Positions 29,334-39,158 of a stretch of DNA of 41,471 nucleotides are shown here, one piece after another (position 1 is the first letter of the stretch; each line of letters begins with the position of its first letter). Origin of the DNA: Fibrobacteria bacterium (lineage in GTDB: Bacteria > Fibrobacterota > Fibrobacteria > UBA11236); contig JBGTHM010000001.1 of the NCBI GenBank assembly GCA_041746255.1, positions 1-41,471 on the forward strand, in the 5' to 3' direction. A program made the position numbers and the translations under genes. A model generated the notes under the pieces. The model searched no databases and was not told where the DNA came from. It saw only the letters and a program-made list of their open reading frames with translations.

Positions 29334-29577
29334 AAAAATTTGTTTTTCCTTTCGGCCGTCCAATTTACAAATTGCGGCCCTGAATCAGGGGAGTATGAAG
29401 ATAGGACATATTAATTTAATTTATGGTCGCTTTGGGCATGCGCTGAAAGCTCATCCCCACCGACCGGCCATTCAGCGGCCTCAAAGCAACCATCGAGGGG
29501 CAAAAGAGCGCGTACGATCCGCTTGAAATCGCTCCACGAGACGAAACCTCCCAACCTGAGCAGGAACCTGTACCCAA

Positions 29578-32481
29578 ATGACCCCAACATCCCGGTCCCT
29601 CCCGCAAGCAGCCTTTTTCTCGGATAGACATATCGGCCCCAACGCGGAGGAACAGCAAGCCATGCTTGAGGCGCTGGGGGAAAAGTCCCTCGACGGCTTG
29701 GTGGACAAAACGGTACCGGCTTCGATTCGGTTGCGGAAACCCTTGAACATTCCCGCCAATCCCGACGAACATGCCTTCTTGCAGGAATTCCGGAAACTTG
29801 CGGACAAGAATCAGATTTTCAAATCCTATATCGGCATGGGCTATCACGGCTGCATTACGCCGCCGGTCATTCAAAGAAACATTCTGGAAAATCCCGGCTG
29901 GTACACGCAGTATACGCCCTATCAAGCCGAGATAGCCCAGGGACGGCTGGAAGCCCTGCTTAATTTCCAAACTTTGGTTTCGGATTTGACCGGACTTCCC
30001 GTCTCCAACGCCTCCTTGCTCGACGAAGCCACGGCCGCCGCCGAGGCGATGAATTTGCTGTACGCAGCCTCGCGGAGGGATCGCGAAGCGGCCATGGTTT
30101 TTTTCGCTTCCGACAAATGCCATCCCCAGACATTGGCCGTCTTGGAAACCCGGGCCCGTCCACTTGGAATCGAGTTACGGGTGGGAAGCGCCGAGGATTT
30201 CGACTTTCCCGCCTCCTGCTTCGGAGCTTTGCTGCAATATCCCGACACCGACGGCGCGGTTATCGACCCCACCGCCTTTTGCGCACAAGCGAGCAAGGCG
30301 GGAATACGGACGGTGCTGGCCGCCGACTTGCTGGCCTTGACCTTGTTGAAATCGCCCGGCGAATGTGGAGCGGATATCGCGGTGGGATCCTCTCAACGCT
30401 TCGGCGTGCCCATGGGATACGGCGGACCACATGCGGCGTTTTTCGCCACCCGCGAAGAGTTCAAGCGCATTCTCCCCGGACGTATCATCGGCGTTTCGGT
30501 GGACGCGCGCGGTAAAACCGCGTATCGCATGGCCCTGCAAACGCGGGAACAACATATCCGCCGCGAAAAAGCCACCAGCAATATCTGCACGTCGCAAGTA
30601 CTCTTGGCCGTGATGGCCGGCATGTACGCCGTTTACCATGGCCCGCAAGGGCTCAAGGCCATCGCCTCTCGCGTTCACGCTCTGGCGCGCAAGCTCGACG
30701 CGGAACTGGTGAAAATGGGTTGTCGTAGCCTGCACGACGCTTACTTCGATACCTTGCGCATGGGATTGCCGGACGCGGCCTCCGCACGGAGGCTGGCCGT
30801 ACATGCCGAAGCGGCGCGGATTAATTTCCGGCTTCACGGCGACGGCAGCGTAGGCATCAGCCTGGACGAAAGCGTGCAGCCCGAAGATTTCTCCCGGTTG
30901 CTGTCGGTATTCGCCCAAGCTCTGGAAAAGCCCGTTCCCGATTCCAGTATGACGCAGGTTACCGGTTCGGAAACGCCGGTATGGCCGCCCACCTTGACTC
31001 GCACCACGCCTTTTCTCACGCATCCCGTTTTCAATACCTATCGTTCCGAAACCAATATGCTGCGCTATATGCGCTCTTTGGAGAGTAAGGATCTTTCGCT
31101 CACCACCTCCATGATTCCGCTGGGCTCCTGCACCATGAAACTCAACGCCACGGTCGAGATGATGCCCGTTACCTGGCCGGAATTCGCCGAGCCCCACCCC
31201 TTCGCTCCCCGCGCCCAATTGCAAGGCTATGCCGAACTGTTCCGCGGGCTCGAATCCGCACTGGCGGAAATTACCGGTCTGCCCGGCGTTTCGTTGCAAC
31301 CCAATGCGGGATCGCAAGGCGAATATGCGGGACTACTGGTCATCCGCGCCTATCAGGCCGAACGGGGAGAATCACAACGAAACGTGGTACTCATCCCCTC
31401 GTCGGCGCACGGAACCAATCCGGCCAGCGCGGTGATGGCGGGATTCCAGGTGGTGGTGGTCAAGTGCAACGATCGCGGCGACATCGACTTCGACGATTTG
31501 CAACGCCTGACTAAGGAGCATAAGGCCCGGCTGGGCGCCTTGATGATAACCTACCCGTCCACCCATGGGGTGTTCGAAGAAGGCATTCAGGAAATCTGCC
31601 GGGTAGTGCACGACGCGGGCGGCCAGGTCTATATGGACGGCGCCAATATGAACGCCCAAGTGGGATTATGCAATCCCGCCATGGTGGGAGCCGATGTTTG
31701 TCATTTGAATTTGCATAAGACTTTTTGCATTCCGCATGGGGGCGGCGGCCCGGGCATGGGCCCGATTTGCGTCGCACAGCACCTTGTCCCCTTTCTGCCG
31801 GGCCACCCTGTCGTCAGCCCCACGGAGTCGCGCACAAGCTTGACTCCGGTTTCGGCCGCGCCCTGGGGCAGCTCTTCCATCCTTCCCATTTCGTGGGCGT
31901 ATATCCGCATGATGGGCGGCGAAGGCCTGACGCAAGCCACTAAGGTGGCCATTCTCAACGCCAACTATTTGAAACGCTGCCTGGAGAAGCATTACCCGGT
32001 TCTCTACCAAGGTAAGCATGGAACCGTGGCTCATGAGATGATTCTCGACTGCCGCGCCTTCAAGGCTTCGGCGGGTATCGAGGTGGAAGATATCGCCAAG
32101 CGTTTGATGGACTATAACTTCCATGCGCCCACGGTTTCCTTTCCCGTGCCGGGAACGTTGATGATAGAGCCTACGGAAAGCGAATCGAAAGCGGAGTTGG
32201 ACCGGTTCTGCGAAGCCTTGATTTCCATCCGCGAAGAGATTGCCGAAATCGAAGCGGGGCGTGCCGACCGGGTCGACAATCCCCTGAAGAACGCGCCGCA
32301 TACGGCCGACATGGCTTTGAGCGACGAGTGGAAACATTCTTATAGCCGGGAAAAGGCGGTGTTTCCCCTGCCCTATGTGCGCCACCACAAGTTTTGGCCT
32401 AGCGTGGCGCGCATCAACGCGGCTTACGGAGATAAGAATTTGATGTGTGCGTGCCCTCCGTTGGAATCGTATCAGGCTTAA
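29578..32481 (+). CDS. gcvP: Glycine dehydrogenase (decarboxylating), single-chain P protein
   Basis: [64 protein letters not shown] (PLP Lys) and EPTESE motifs. Confidence 0.98.
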   Translation: MTPTSRSLPQAAFFSDRHIGPNAEEQQAMLEALGEKSLDGLVDKTVPASIRLRKPLNIPANPDEHAFLQEFRKLADKNQIFKSYIGMGYHGCITPPVIQRNILENPGWYTQYTPYQAEIAQGRLEALLNFQTLVSDLTGLPVSNASLLDEATAAAEAMNLLYAASRRDREAAMVFFASDKCHPQTLAVLETRARPLGIELRVGSAEDFDFPASCFGALLQYPDTDGAVIDPTAFCAQASKAGIRTVLAADLLALTLLKSPGECGADIAVGSSQRFGVPMGYGGPHAAFFATREEFKRILPGRIIGVSVDARGKTAYRMALQTREQHIRREKATSNICTSQVLLAVMAGMYAVYHGPQGLKAIASRVHALARKLDAELVKMGCRSLHDAYFDTLRMGLPDAASARRLAVHAEAARINFRLHGDGSVGISLDESVQPEDFSRLLSVFAQALEKPVPDSSMTQVTGSETPVWPPTLTRTTPFLTHPVFNTYRSETNMLRYMRSLESKDLSLTTSMIPLGSCTMKLNATVEMMPVTWPEFAEPHPFAPRAQLQGYAELFRGLESALAEITGLPGVSLQPNAGSQGEYAGLLVIRAYQAERGESQRNVVLIPSSAHGTNPASAVMAGFQVVVVKCNDRGDIDFDDLQRLTKEHKARLGALMITYPSTHGVFEEGIQEICRVVHDAGGQVYMDGANMNAQVGLCNPAMVGADVCHLNLHKTFCIPHGGGGPGMGPICVAQHLVPFLPGHPVVSPTESRTSLTPVSAAPWGSSSILPISWAYIRMMGGEGLTQATKVAILNANYLKRCLEKHYPVLYQGKHGTVAHEMILDCRAFKASAGIEVEDIAKRLMDYNFHAPTVSFPVPGTLMIEPTESESKAELDRFCEALISIREEIAEIEAGRADRVDNPLKNAPHTADMALSDEWKHSYSREKAVFPLPYVRHHKFWPSVARINAAYGDKNLMCACPPLESYQA

Positions 32482-32509
32482 AGGGTTCTCACCTGATCGG
32501 ATTCCCGGA

Positions 32510-32980
32510 TTATTCCAATCCGTAGGACCAGCAGTTAAGGCGTAATTCAAATCGAGAACTGAGGCTTTTGGAAACCTTGATTCTTATAGCCCTGACGGAA
32601 GGTTCAATAGCACTGCAAGCATTGAGTTGATGGCAAGCTCTCCTGCCATAGAACCGATGACCATCCAGCCATAAATAAGTTGTATCTCCACGGGATTCCG
32701 CTCCTTTTTGATGGGTCGTGTCGGAATAGGTCACATAGTCAAAATCGACTGAGAACGCATAATCGACCGTTTCCACGGTATCCAGGGTAGCAGGTCTATC
32801 TTGGGCCAAGTATAAAATTACCGGTCCGGAATGCGGAATGGCATTCATCTCAATGGTCGTTGAATCCGTACCCGATCTAACTCCCTCGAAAGTGCAGTTA
32901 CCGATAAATTCGCAGCCATCCAGAAAGGGGATGAAAAGGATGATTGTGAGCAATGGAACCAGAAATGATTTGCTTTTCAA
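32510..32980 (-). CDS. Hypothetical lipoprotein
   Basis: TTG start with GGAGGAG RBS; signal MKSKSFLVPLLTIILFIPFLDG-C; further Cys residues in the mature part. Confidence 0.7.
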   Translation of the reverse strand: MKSKSFLVPLLTIILFIPFLDGCEFIGNCTFEGVRSGTDSTTIEMNAIPHSGPVILYLAQDRPATLDTVETVDYAFSVDFDYVTYSDTTHQKGAESRGDTTYLWLDGHRFYGRRACHQLNACSAIEPSVRAIRIKVSKSLSSRFELRLNCWSYGLE

Positions 32981-33142
32981 GTGCTCCTCCCTTTTCCCGT
33001 ATCACGGCGAGAAATAGCTGTTTGTGGAATTTTTTCCATAAAGGTATTCACCATCACCTTTGTTTCACCAGATACTCGGAAAGAATTCAGCAAAACCGAA
33101 TTGAAACGGTTACCACCCTGTTTTAAATGGTTAGACCACATT

Positions 33143-33484
33143 TTATTCGAGCCAAGTGCTCCTGATTAACTGGAAAAACCCCTCATAATAGTGAAACCAT
33201 ATTTCAATTCGAAAATAAATAACTGAAACAAGCAGAAGGCCAAGCACTAAATAAAATGCCTCCCGAATCCTTTGGAGTGTGGATGAGCATTTTGAAATTC
33301 TGAAAATCGAAAATCCAAGGTAAATGGCCATTACAAACGGTATGATTCCAAAATGATATGTTACCCAAATAAATCCGAAAATATTTTGAATTCTGAAAAG
33401 AAAAAATAAAGTTAGATCTAAAATAATTAGTGGTGCAATAATTCGAATCCAACCCGGCCTTCCTCTAAAATTCGATGTATCCAT
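33143..33484 (-). CDS. Small AT-rich membrane protein (about 3 TM helices), hypothetical
   Basis: AGGA RBS before the ATG; three hydrophobic segments; visibly lower GC than flanking genes. Confidence 0.6.
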   Translation of the reverse strand: MDTSNFRGRPGWIRIIAPLIILDLTLFFLFRIQNIFGFIWVTYHFGIIPFVMAIYLGFSIFRISKCSSTLQRIREAFYLVLGLLLVSVIYFRIEIWFHYYEGFFQLIRSTWLE

Positions 33485-33809
33485 TTTTGTTCCTGTTATT
33501 ATTTTCCGGATACCCTAAAGATTCTTTGGGTACTTGGCCCTATCGCTCCCACCCATATTGAACCAAAGGTTTCCATTTGCAATCAAATACATCCGTGACA
33601 CGATCTGCACATCGGCATTTATGGCACCCCCTCCGTAAACCAACCTGCCCTTTACCCCATGATTTCAACTCGTTTCGCTGGATAGGGCGACCACAAGAAA
33701 TGATAGGTTGCTCGCCCGAGCACGAATTGAAATGGGCTGCAGAATCTGTCCGGATCAGAGGGGACGGTTCATATCGGAGAGCCAACCCAGCTGGGTATCA
33801 CCAATGGAC

Positions 33810-34025
33810 TTATTTTTTCTTTTCTGAATCAATTTCGGGGTTATTAAACCCCCCTGGCTGATCTTCCTCAATCGTGGCAAGTATTCCGTTTAAAAATAAT
33901 GCCCCCGACGTTATCAGAAAAATTTGCCAAAAGGGGACATTTAGAAATATGCTTGCCCCAAAACTTATTGACGTGGTCACCAGGATATAAATAAGGAAAG
34001 CCCGCCAGTCGATAATTTTTTTCAT
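33810..34025 (-). CDS. Small two-TM hypothetical protein with C-terminal EEDQPGGFNNP motif
   Basis: MKKIIDWRAFLIYILVTT... has two hydrophobic helices and a polar tail. ATG 34025 chosen over the track's GTG 34127. Confidence 0.6.
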   Translation of the reverse strand: MKKIIDWRAFLIYILVTTSISFGASIFLNVPFWQIFLITSGALFLNGILATIEEDQPGGFNNPEIDSEKKK

Positions 34026-34120
34026 AGAGCCATCACTTGCGGCATACCAAATCTTCCCAATGATCTTATCTGACTGAATTTTCGGACTGGTTCCAACCTC
34101 AAGACGGCGAACCAAATGAT

Positions 34121-34363
34121 CTGCCACAGCCTCCTAAACCGGGACTTGTAAGGTTGATCAAAGGCGGAGGCAGTATCTATGGAGAAATCTGGTCTCTTCC
34201 TTTGTGCCGTTTCGGCGCCTTGATAAGGAAAATCCCCCGGCCTTTGGGAATTGATACCGTCTTTTTGGAGCAGGGTGAAACCTGCCAGGGGTTCGTATGC
34301 GATGCGACGGGGGTTACCCATGCCGAGGAAATCACCGACTTGGGATATTTTCGGCGGGCTTGA
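34121..34363 (+). pseudogene. Remnant of the allophanate hydrolase (AtzF) C-terminal domain
   Basis: Frame reads LPQPPKPGLVRLIKGGGSIYGEIWSLP..FG..I..IP.PLGI..V.LE.G..CQGFVCD...AEEIT, matching the AtzF C-terminal pattern. In-frame TGA at 34061, and no upstream amidase domain or GAHL motif. Confidence 0.75.
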
Positions 34364-34515
34364 AATTTTCGATGGTATTCCCTGGGGGGATGGGGCTATC
34401 GGTCAGAAAGTATTCCTACCTGATTAGCGATTTTAGCAAAGATTCCGCCACTTGGGCCCGGTCGGTGATATCCATCACTTTTAAGTACTGGCCGCCATTA
34501 TATATCTTTTCCCGC

Positions 34516-35166
34516 ATGCGTATCGCTTCATTTTTCTTCCCATTCGGTATAATCCTGGCATTGATGGTGCTTTGCTCGCCCATTTACCCCGCTTCGCCAT
34601 CCAAGGTCCAACCCAAACCTGCCAATGCGGCAAAGGTCGAATCGGCAAGTATGGACCGCGCCCAATTGCTGGATATCTATATGTCCGGCGAACTGGACAG
34701 CCTGCTCATGGTTTGTGAAAACATTCGGCGCAAGGGCGCCATGATGACCCGCGACGATTCGATTATGGTTTACAAGCTGTTGGGCGTGGTATACGGTGCC
34801 AATGATTACAATCGGCGAAAATCCGAAAGTTTCTTCTATCAAATGCTGAAACTCAATCCCGATGAAAACCTATTGGCCTTGGCCGTTGGCGACTCCGTGG
34901 AATCGCTTTTTTCGAATGTGCGCGAAAGATACGCGGCCTTGCATCCGGAATACCGTTCGAAAGCCGATTCCCTGAATGGAGGGAGCGAATCATCGACTTC
35001 CGTACCGGCTTCGGTAATCACCCCCCGCGCTCCCGACCGGGGAATCTCCCCCAAGGTCTGGTACGCGGTTGGAGCCACCGCTGCCCTGACTGGCGTAACG
35101 GCATTCGTTCTTCTCAATCAAGAACCGGAAAAAAATGTCAATGTCATCGTCCAACCTATCGAATAA
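34516..35166 (+). CDS. Exported hypothetical protein with TPR-like helical hairpin and C-terminal hydrophobic anchor
   Basis: Signal peptide from ATG 34516, DSIMVYKLLGVVY...FFYQMLKLNP helix pair, Ser/Pro linker, and WYAVGATAALTGVTAFVLL near the C-terminus. Confidence 0.7.
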   Translation: MRIASFFFPFGIILALMVLCSPIYPASPSKVQPKPANAAKVESASMDRAQLLDIYMSGELDSLLMVCENIRRKGAMMTRDDSIMVYKLLGVVYGANDYNRRKSESFFYQMLKLNPDENLLALAVGDSVESLFSNVRERYAALHPEYRSKADSLNGGSESSTSVPASVITPRAPDRGISPKVWYAVGATAALTGVTAFVLLNQEPEKNVNVIVQPIE

Positions 35167-38056
35167 TTCCTACCTCCGTTTCCCAACCTTGCTTCGCCGA
35201 ATAGGACTGCCGCTTTTCGCGCTGGTCGTGATTCCGGTATTGCTTTCCTGCACGAACCTGGCTCCGATAGAGGAGTATGAAATTGAATTCGTTCTTGATC
35301 CTTCCTTGGTAGGAAATTTCGACAGCGTGCAAGTTAAGATTTTTAATGTGAACTCTTCGGGTGAGGTGGATACCGCGAACCCCGTCCAAGTGAGCCTCTT
35401 TCCCTTGGACGAGGATACGCGCAGAATTCGTATGACTCTGAATACCAAAGTGAAGGAAAAATTCCGGGCATCCGTTGTCGGGTATGGCGAGTCGGGTATT
35501 GTCTTCAACAAACAATATGCTTACACGGATTTCGGGGTGGACGGCGACACCCAACCGGTGGACTTGCTTCCTCCTAAAGCTATTCCTCCGCAAGAAATAA
35601 CCGCGGAAGATTTAGTGGGGCTGGTCGGAGATACCTTGGTACCTGCTGTGACTTTCAAGCCTGAAGACGCAACCAATAAAAACTTCGTTTTGACCAGTTC
35701 GGAAAATTCGGTGGTCGAGGTAGTGGGAAAAAAGCTGGTGGCGCTGAAGTTAGGCGAGGCAAAAATCACCGTAAAAACCGAAGCGGGGGATTTGGAAGCG
35801 GTTTTCACCGTCCAAGTCGTGGCCCCTTCCTTCGAGAACCGGATTCTTCCCATTGTGAAATTGAAATGCGCTCCCTGTCACATACCGGGCGAAACCTTTA
35901 ATTTCCAGGATTCTTCCGAGTTGGTGAGATGGGGCGCATCCGCAATTGATCGTCTGGGGAGAAAAGTGGGAGATGGTGGCCGCATGCCTTTGGCTGGGGC
36001 TCCCAACGGGGATTTGAGCGCCGACGAGTTGGAGATATTGGTTAAGTGGCTGGAAGGTGTTGTCGTACCGGCTAAAAGCGTTTCCGCATCCGATATGCAG
36101 GGAACCTTGGGAGATACCTTGGAACTTAAATTGTCCTGGGATCCTCCGGAAGCCACCAATCAGCGTTTTCGGTTGACCAGCTTGGATACAACCAAGGCGA
36201 TCGTGAAAGGCAATCGGATAATACCCCAGGTCATGGGCGACGCTTTTGTGTTGGTGGAGCCGGAAGGCCTGGATCAGCGGCTTACCGTTAAGGTAACCGT
36301 GGGCTCCCCCACGTTTCTAAAGAACGTGCTCCCGATTACCAGCTTTAAATGCGCCCCCTGCCATGTACCGGGTACCATTCGTAATTTCCGGGACTCCACC
36401 GTCCTCATTCAAATGGGATTGCTGGTCATCGAGGCGATGCAAAGGAGTCCGGATGGCGAAAAATTAATCATGCCCGTGCCTGACGCTCCCAATGGCCCGC
36501 TGACTCCTTTGGAGCTTAACGTTATCCGCACTTGGTTGCAGGAAAATATGCCGCCTTCGCAAATCGGCAATCAACCAAGCGACATCCCGCTGGAAGATGT
36601 CGCTGTGGCGGATGACAGCGTATCGCTGGGAGCGGAAATTACGCCCGTCATCACCTGGGTTCCGGACAATGCCTCCAACAAAGCCTACACGCTCCAATCC
36701 GAAGATCCCAAAGTCGAAATTCTCGAAGGAAAGCGCATCAAGGGAAAAGGAGTGGGTACTGCCGAGGTAGAATTAGTCACTCAAGGCGAACGGTTCCGAA
36801 AGAGCTTTAAGGTCAAAGTGGTGTCTATTTCGGTAACCGGAATTTCGGCTGCGGATACAGTCGCGTCGGTGGGAGATATCGTCGTGCCCCGCATTAAGTT
36901 AACGCCGGATAACGCCACCGACACCGAATTTTCCATCGTTTCCGTGGCGGCGGTTTCGCATGTAAACATCAATGGCAAACAAGTGGAAGCCAAATCGGTG
37001 GGCAGAGACACATTAGAAGCGATTTCGATGGACGGAAACCATAAAGCCCGTTTTGAATTTCATGTTCTCGCCACGCTTCCCAAATCCTTGACGGCCGTCG
37101 ATACCTTCGGGGTAATCGGAGTTGGAGTTACACCTCGGCTAATTTGGACTCCCAAGAATACCACCAATACGACTTACACTCTGGCTATACCTGTTGAATT
37201 TGCCGCTCTGGCGGAAATATCCAATGGGCAAGTGATGGGAAAAGCCGAAGGTGATGTGAAGGTAGTAGCTCTCTCAGCTGCGGATCCCGAAATTACCACC
37301 ACCTTCAACTTTCGGGTGGGCCCGATTGCTCCCCAGTCATTGACTGCTATCGATACCTCCGGCATTATCGGTAAAGCGGTAACTCCGCGACTCCTTTGGA
37401 ATCCCGCCAACACCACCCACAAAGGATATACCCTTTCCATAGACCCGGCAGACAATGCCCTGGCGGAAATTACCGAGGGGCGGGTGATGGGAAAAGGCAT
37501 AGGCAATGTGACCGTGACGGCCACCTCTTTGGCGGATACCGACATCACCACAACGTTCACTTTCGAAGTAAAGCCGATTCCGGTTGCCTCGCTTTCGGCT
37601 TTGGACATCACGCTCTACTCCGGCGCGACCGCTTCCGCCCAGCTCACCGTAAGCCCTCCCGAGGCCACCGATAAACGTGTGGAATTGAGCCTGCCGGCAG
37701 CCGCCGACGCCACCCGGGTGGATTTGGCCGGAACCCAGATAACCGGTAAAGCCCTGGGCAGAGCAACCGTTCTGGCCACCACTGTCAATGGAGGAAAAAC
37801 AGACGAATTCACGGTAACCGTCTTGCGCCCTCCCTTTACCGGTGACGGGAATATCCTTCCCATCACCCAGGCGAAATGTGCCGGATGCCATAGTATCACG
37901 TTTCCGAACGTTATGGATTCCGTCACGGTAGTTGCTAATAAAGTAGCTATTCTCGACCGGATCCAAAGAGAGCCGGGAAGCGCGGGCTTCATGCCTGCGG
38001 GAAGCTCTCTAACTCCCGCGGAACTAACCCGATTAATCGACTGGCTCTCCCTGTAG
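35135..38056 (+). CDS. Large lipoprotein with three monoheme cytochrome c domains and seven Ig-like (Big_2-type) domains; start may be TTG 35189
   Basis: Lipobox VLLS-C. CAPCH at 35867, CAPCH at 36350 and CAGCH at 37877, each in an I/VLPI....CxxCH...MP....L...EL.....WL context. Repeated P.NA/T.N....G.A.V.V Ig-like units. Confidence 0.85.
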   Translation: MSMSSSNLSNNSYLRFPTLLRRIGLPLFALVVIPVLLSCTNLAPIEEYEIEFVLDPSLVGNFDSVQVKIFNVNSSGEVDTANPVQVSLFPLDEDTRRIRMTLNTKVKEKFRASVVGYGESGIVFNKQYAYTDFGVDGDTQPVDLLPPKAIPPQEITAEDLVGLVGDTLVPAVTFKPEDATNKNFVLTSSENSVVEVVGKKLVALKLGEAKITVKTEAGDLEAVFTVQVVAPSFENRILPIVKLKCAPCHIPGETFNFQDSSELVRWGASAIDRLGRKVGDGGRMPLAGAPNGDLSADELEILVKWLEGVVVPAKSVSASDMQGTLGDTLELKLSWDPPEATNQRFRLTSLDTTKAIVKGNRIIPQVMGDAFVLVEPEGLDQRLTVKVTVGSPTFLKNVLPITSFKCAPCHVPGTIRNFRDSTVLIQMGLLVIEAMQRSPDGEKLIMPVPDAPNGPLTPLELNVIRTWLQENMPPSQIGNQPSDIPLEDVAVADDSVSLGAEITPVITWVPDNASNKAYTLQSEDPKVEILEGKRIKGKGVGTAEVELVTQGERFRKSFKVKVVSISVTGISAADTVASVGDIVVPRIKLTPDNATDTEFSIVSVAAVSHVNINGKQVEAKSVGRDTLEAISMDGNHKARFEFHVLATLPKSLTAVDTFGVIGVGVTPRLIWTPKNTTNTTYTLAIPVEFAALAEISNGQVMGKAEGDVKVVALSAADPEITTTFNFRVGPIAPQSLTAIDTSGIIGKAVTPRLLWNPANTTHKGYTLSIDPADNALAEITEGRVMGKGIGNVTVTATSLADTDITTTFTFEVKPIPVASLSALDITLYSGATASAQLTVSPPEATDKRVELSLPAAADATRVDLAGTQITGKALGRATVLATTVNGGKTDEFTVTVLRPPFTGDGNILPITQAKCAGCHSITFPNVMDSVTVVANKVAILDRIQREPGSAGFMPAGSSLTPAELTRLIDWLSL
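37073..37576 (+). repeat. Tandem 252-bp (84-aa) duplication of an Ig-like domain
   Basis: Units 37073-37324 and 37325-37576 share P.SLTA.DT.G.IG..VTPRL.W.P.NTT...YTL.I....ALAEI..G.VMGK..G.V.V.A.S.AD..ITTTF.F.V.P, with visible DNA similarity. Confidence 0.85.
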
Positions 38057-38123
38057 AATTCGGGGCCTATAGGTTTGCGGTTGATTGGCGATTGGTTTAC
38101 CGTACAATCGCTCCGCATGGGTA

Positions 38124-38546
38124 TCAGGGGTAAGCCTTTTTCATATCCTTCACGGATAGGGAAATCAATTCCTTTAGAACCTTCAAATCGATATCGGCCA
38201 CTTTGTTGATATACACGCAGGATCCGGAACTAACTTTATGCTTTCCGAGCTTTTTCAATAAGTCGGCGTACTTCGCCACTCCCGGCATGATATAAATGGA
38301 AATGTTCTGCTTTCTCGGCGAAAAGCCGGTCAAAGGCCAGTCCCCTTCCTGGGAGCTTCTTTCAGACTTGTAATGATAGGTACCATAGCCAATCATATTG
38401 TTGTTCCACAACGCGGCCTTTTCTTTGGTGGCGGAATCGAAGATTTTTTTAATCGCGAAACTGTCCGCTTTCTTTTGCTCCGATTCGATGGAGTTCAGAA
38501 ACGCGTCAATATCGTCCTTTGTGGACCGGGTTTTTATCTGTCCCAT
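38124..38546 (-). CDS. DUF1801 (YdhG-like) domain protein
   Basis: W..MIGYG.YHYK...EGDW..TGFSPRK..ISIY and LGKHK..SCVYI motifs; GAGGG RBS. Confidence 0.88.
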   Translation of the reverse strand: MGQIKTRSTKDDIDAFLNSIESEQKKADSFAIKKIFDSATKEKAALWNNNMIGYGTYHYKSERSSQEGDWPLTGFSPRKQNISIYIMPGVAKYADLLKKLGKHKVSSGSCVYINKVADIDLKVLKELISLSVKDMKKAYP

Positions 38547-38588
38547 GCTGTGGCCCTCCTTCCCAAAATCTACATCGGGTCGATTTTT

Positions 38589-39116
38589 TTATGCAAGGGT
38601 GGAGACCATTTTCCGCATTACCGCGGGAACTATCCACTTATGGAACGGCTTTACCGGAATGAAATAAAGCTTTCCCAACTGTCTCCGGAACATTACGATA
38701 GTGGTCAAAACCAGGGTATATTCATTGACCCCGTTCCACGGCGACTTTTCCAGATAGAAGGAAAGCCTGAAATCGAGGTGTTTATCGTCTTCACCGGTTA
38801 TGATTTCCTGCTCATTTCTGTCCAATACTTTGAATAGTCCGAGACTCGCTCCTTTTTCCGCCACGAAATTTTCGATTTCGTGCCGGTCTAATTTCTGCGC
38901 CACTTTTAATCCGATAAAGCCGGCCACTCTTTCCCTAATCTTGAATAGAACAGTAACCCAGGCGGGCATGGTCAAAAAGAGGCCTTTGAAAAAATCGTCG
39001 GGAGACAGGTCTTTCGAAGAAGAAAAACGGCATTGATAGGCATCCTGATAATCGATTCGGGGAAGCGCTCGCGGAATAATCGATTCGCGAGGCGTAGTGG
39101 TGTAGACGATTTTCAT
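38589..39116 (-). CDS. DUF2867 family protein
   Basis: DY.DAY, P.WV..L..IR..V...GLK, GEDDKHLDFRLS and G.LY...VKPFH..IVP motifs. Confidence 0.85.
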   Translation of the reverse strand: MKIVYTTTPRESIIPRALPRIDYQDAYQCRFSSSKDLSPDDFFKGLFLTMPAWVTVLFKIRERVAGFIGLKVAQKLDRHEIENFVAEKGASLGLFKVLDRNEQEIITGEDDKHLDFRLSFYLEKSPWNGVNEYTLVLTTIVMFRRQLGKLYFIPVKPFHKWIVPAVMRKMVSTLA

Positions 39117-39158
39117 AGGTTCCCAAAAAGTAGGAACTAATTGAGAAGGGATTTGCGC

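Noticed and set aside
29334..29577. Glycine riboswitch before gcvP or lysine riboswitch before asd
   Set aside because: The glycine core motifs (GGAGA...CCGAAG...CTCAGG in order on +) and the lysine motifs (AGAGG.GC...GCCGAA on -) are not present.
30175..32550. Long antisense ORFs opposite gcvP (380 and 294 aa), and similar ones opposite ftsH, lysA, proA and the ElpS-like gene
   Set aside because: These are shadow frames expected from GC-rich codon usage. They show no recognisable motifs and overlap well-supported genes.
33540..33861. Short ORFs on both strands (81 aa minus, 94 aa plus) as intact genes
   Set aside because: Both have TTG starts without a convincing RBS and no recognisable family. 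Kept only as a possible decayed fragment.
34297..34515. 73-aa N-terminal extension of the exported TPR-like protein
   Set aside because: It overlaps the AtzF remnant, and a clean signal peptide begins at ATG 34516.
38076..38117. Hairpin GCGATTG/CAATCGC between the convergent cytochrome and DUF1801 genes as a terminator
   Set aside because: The loop is 10 nt and neither strand has a U-tract, so support is too weak.
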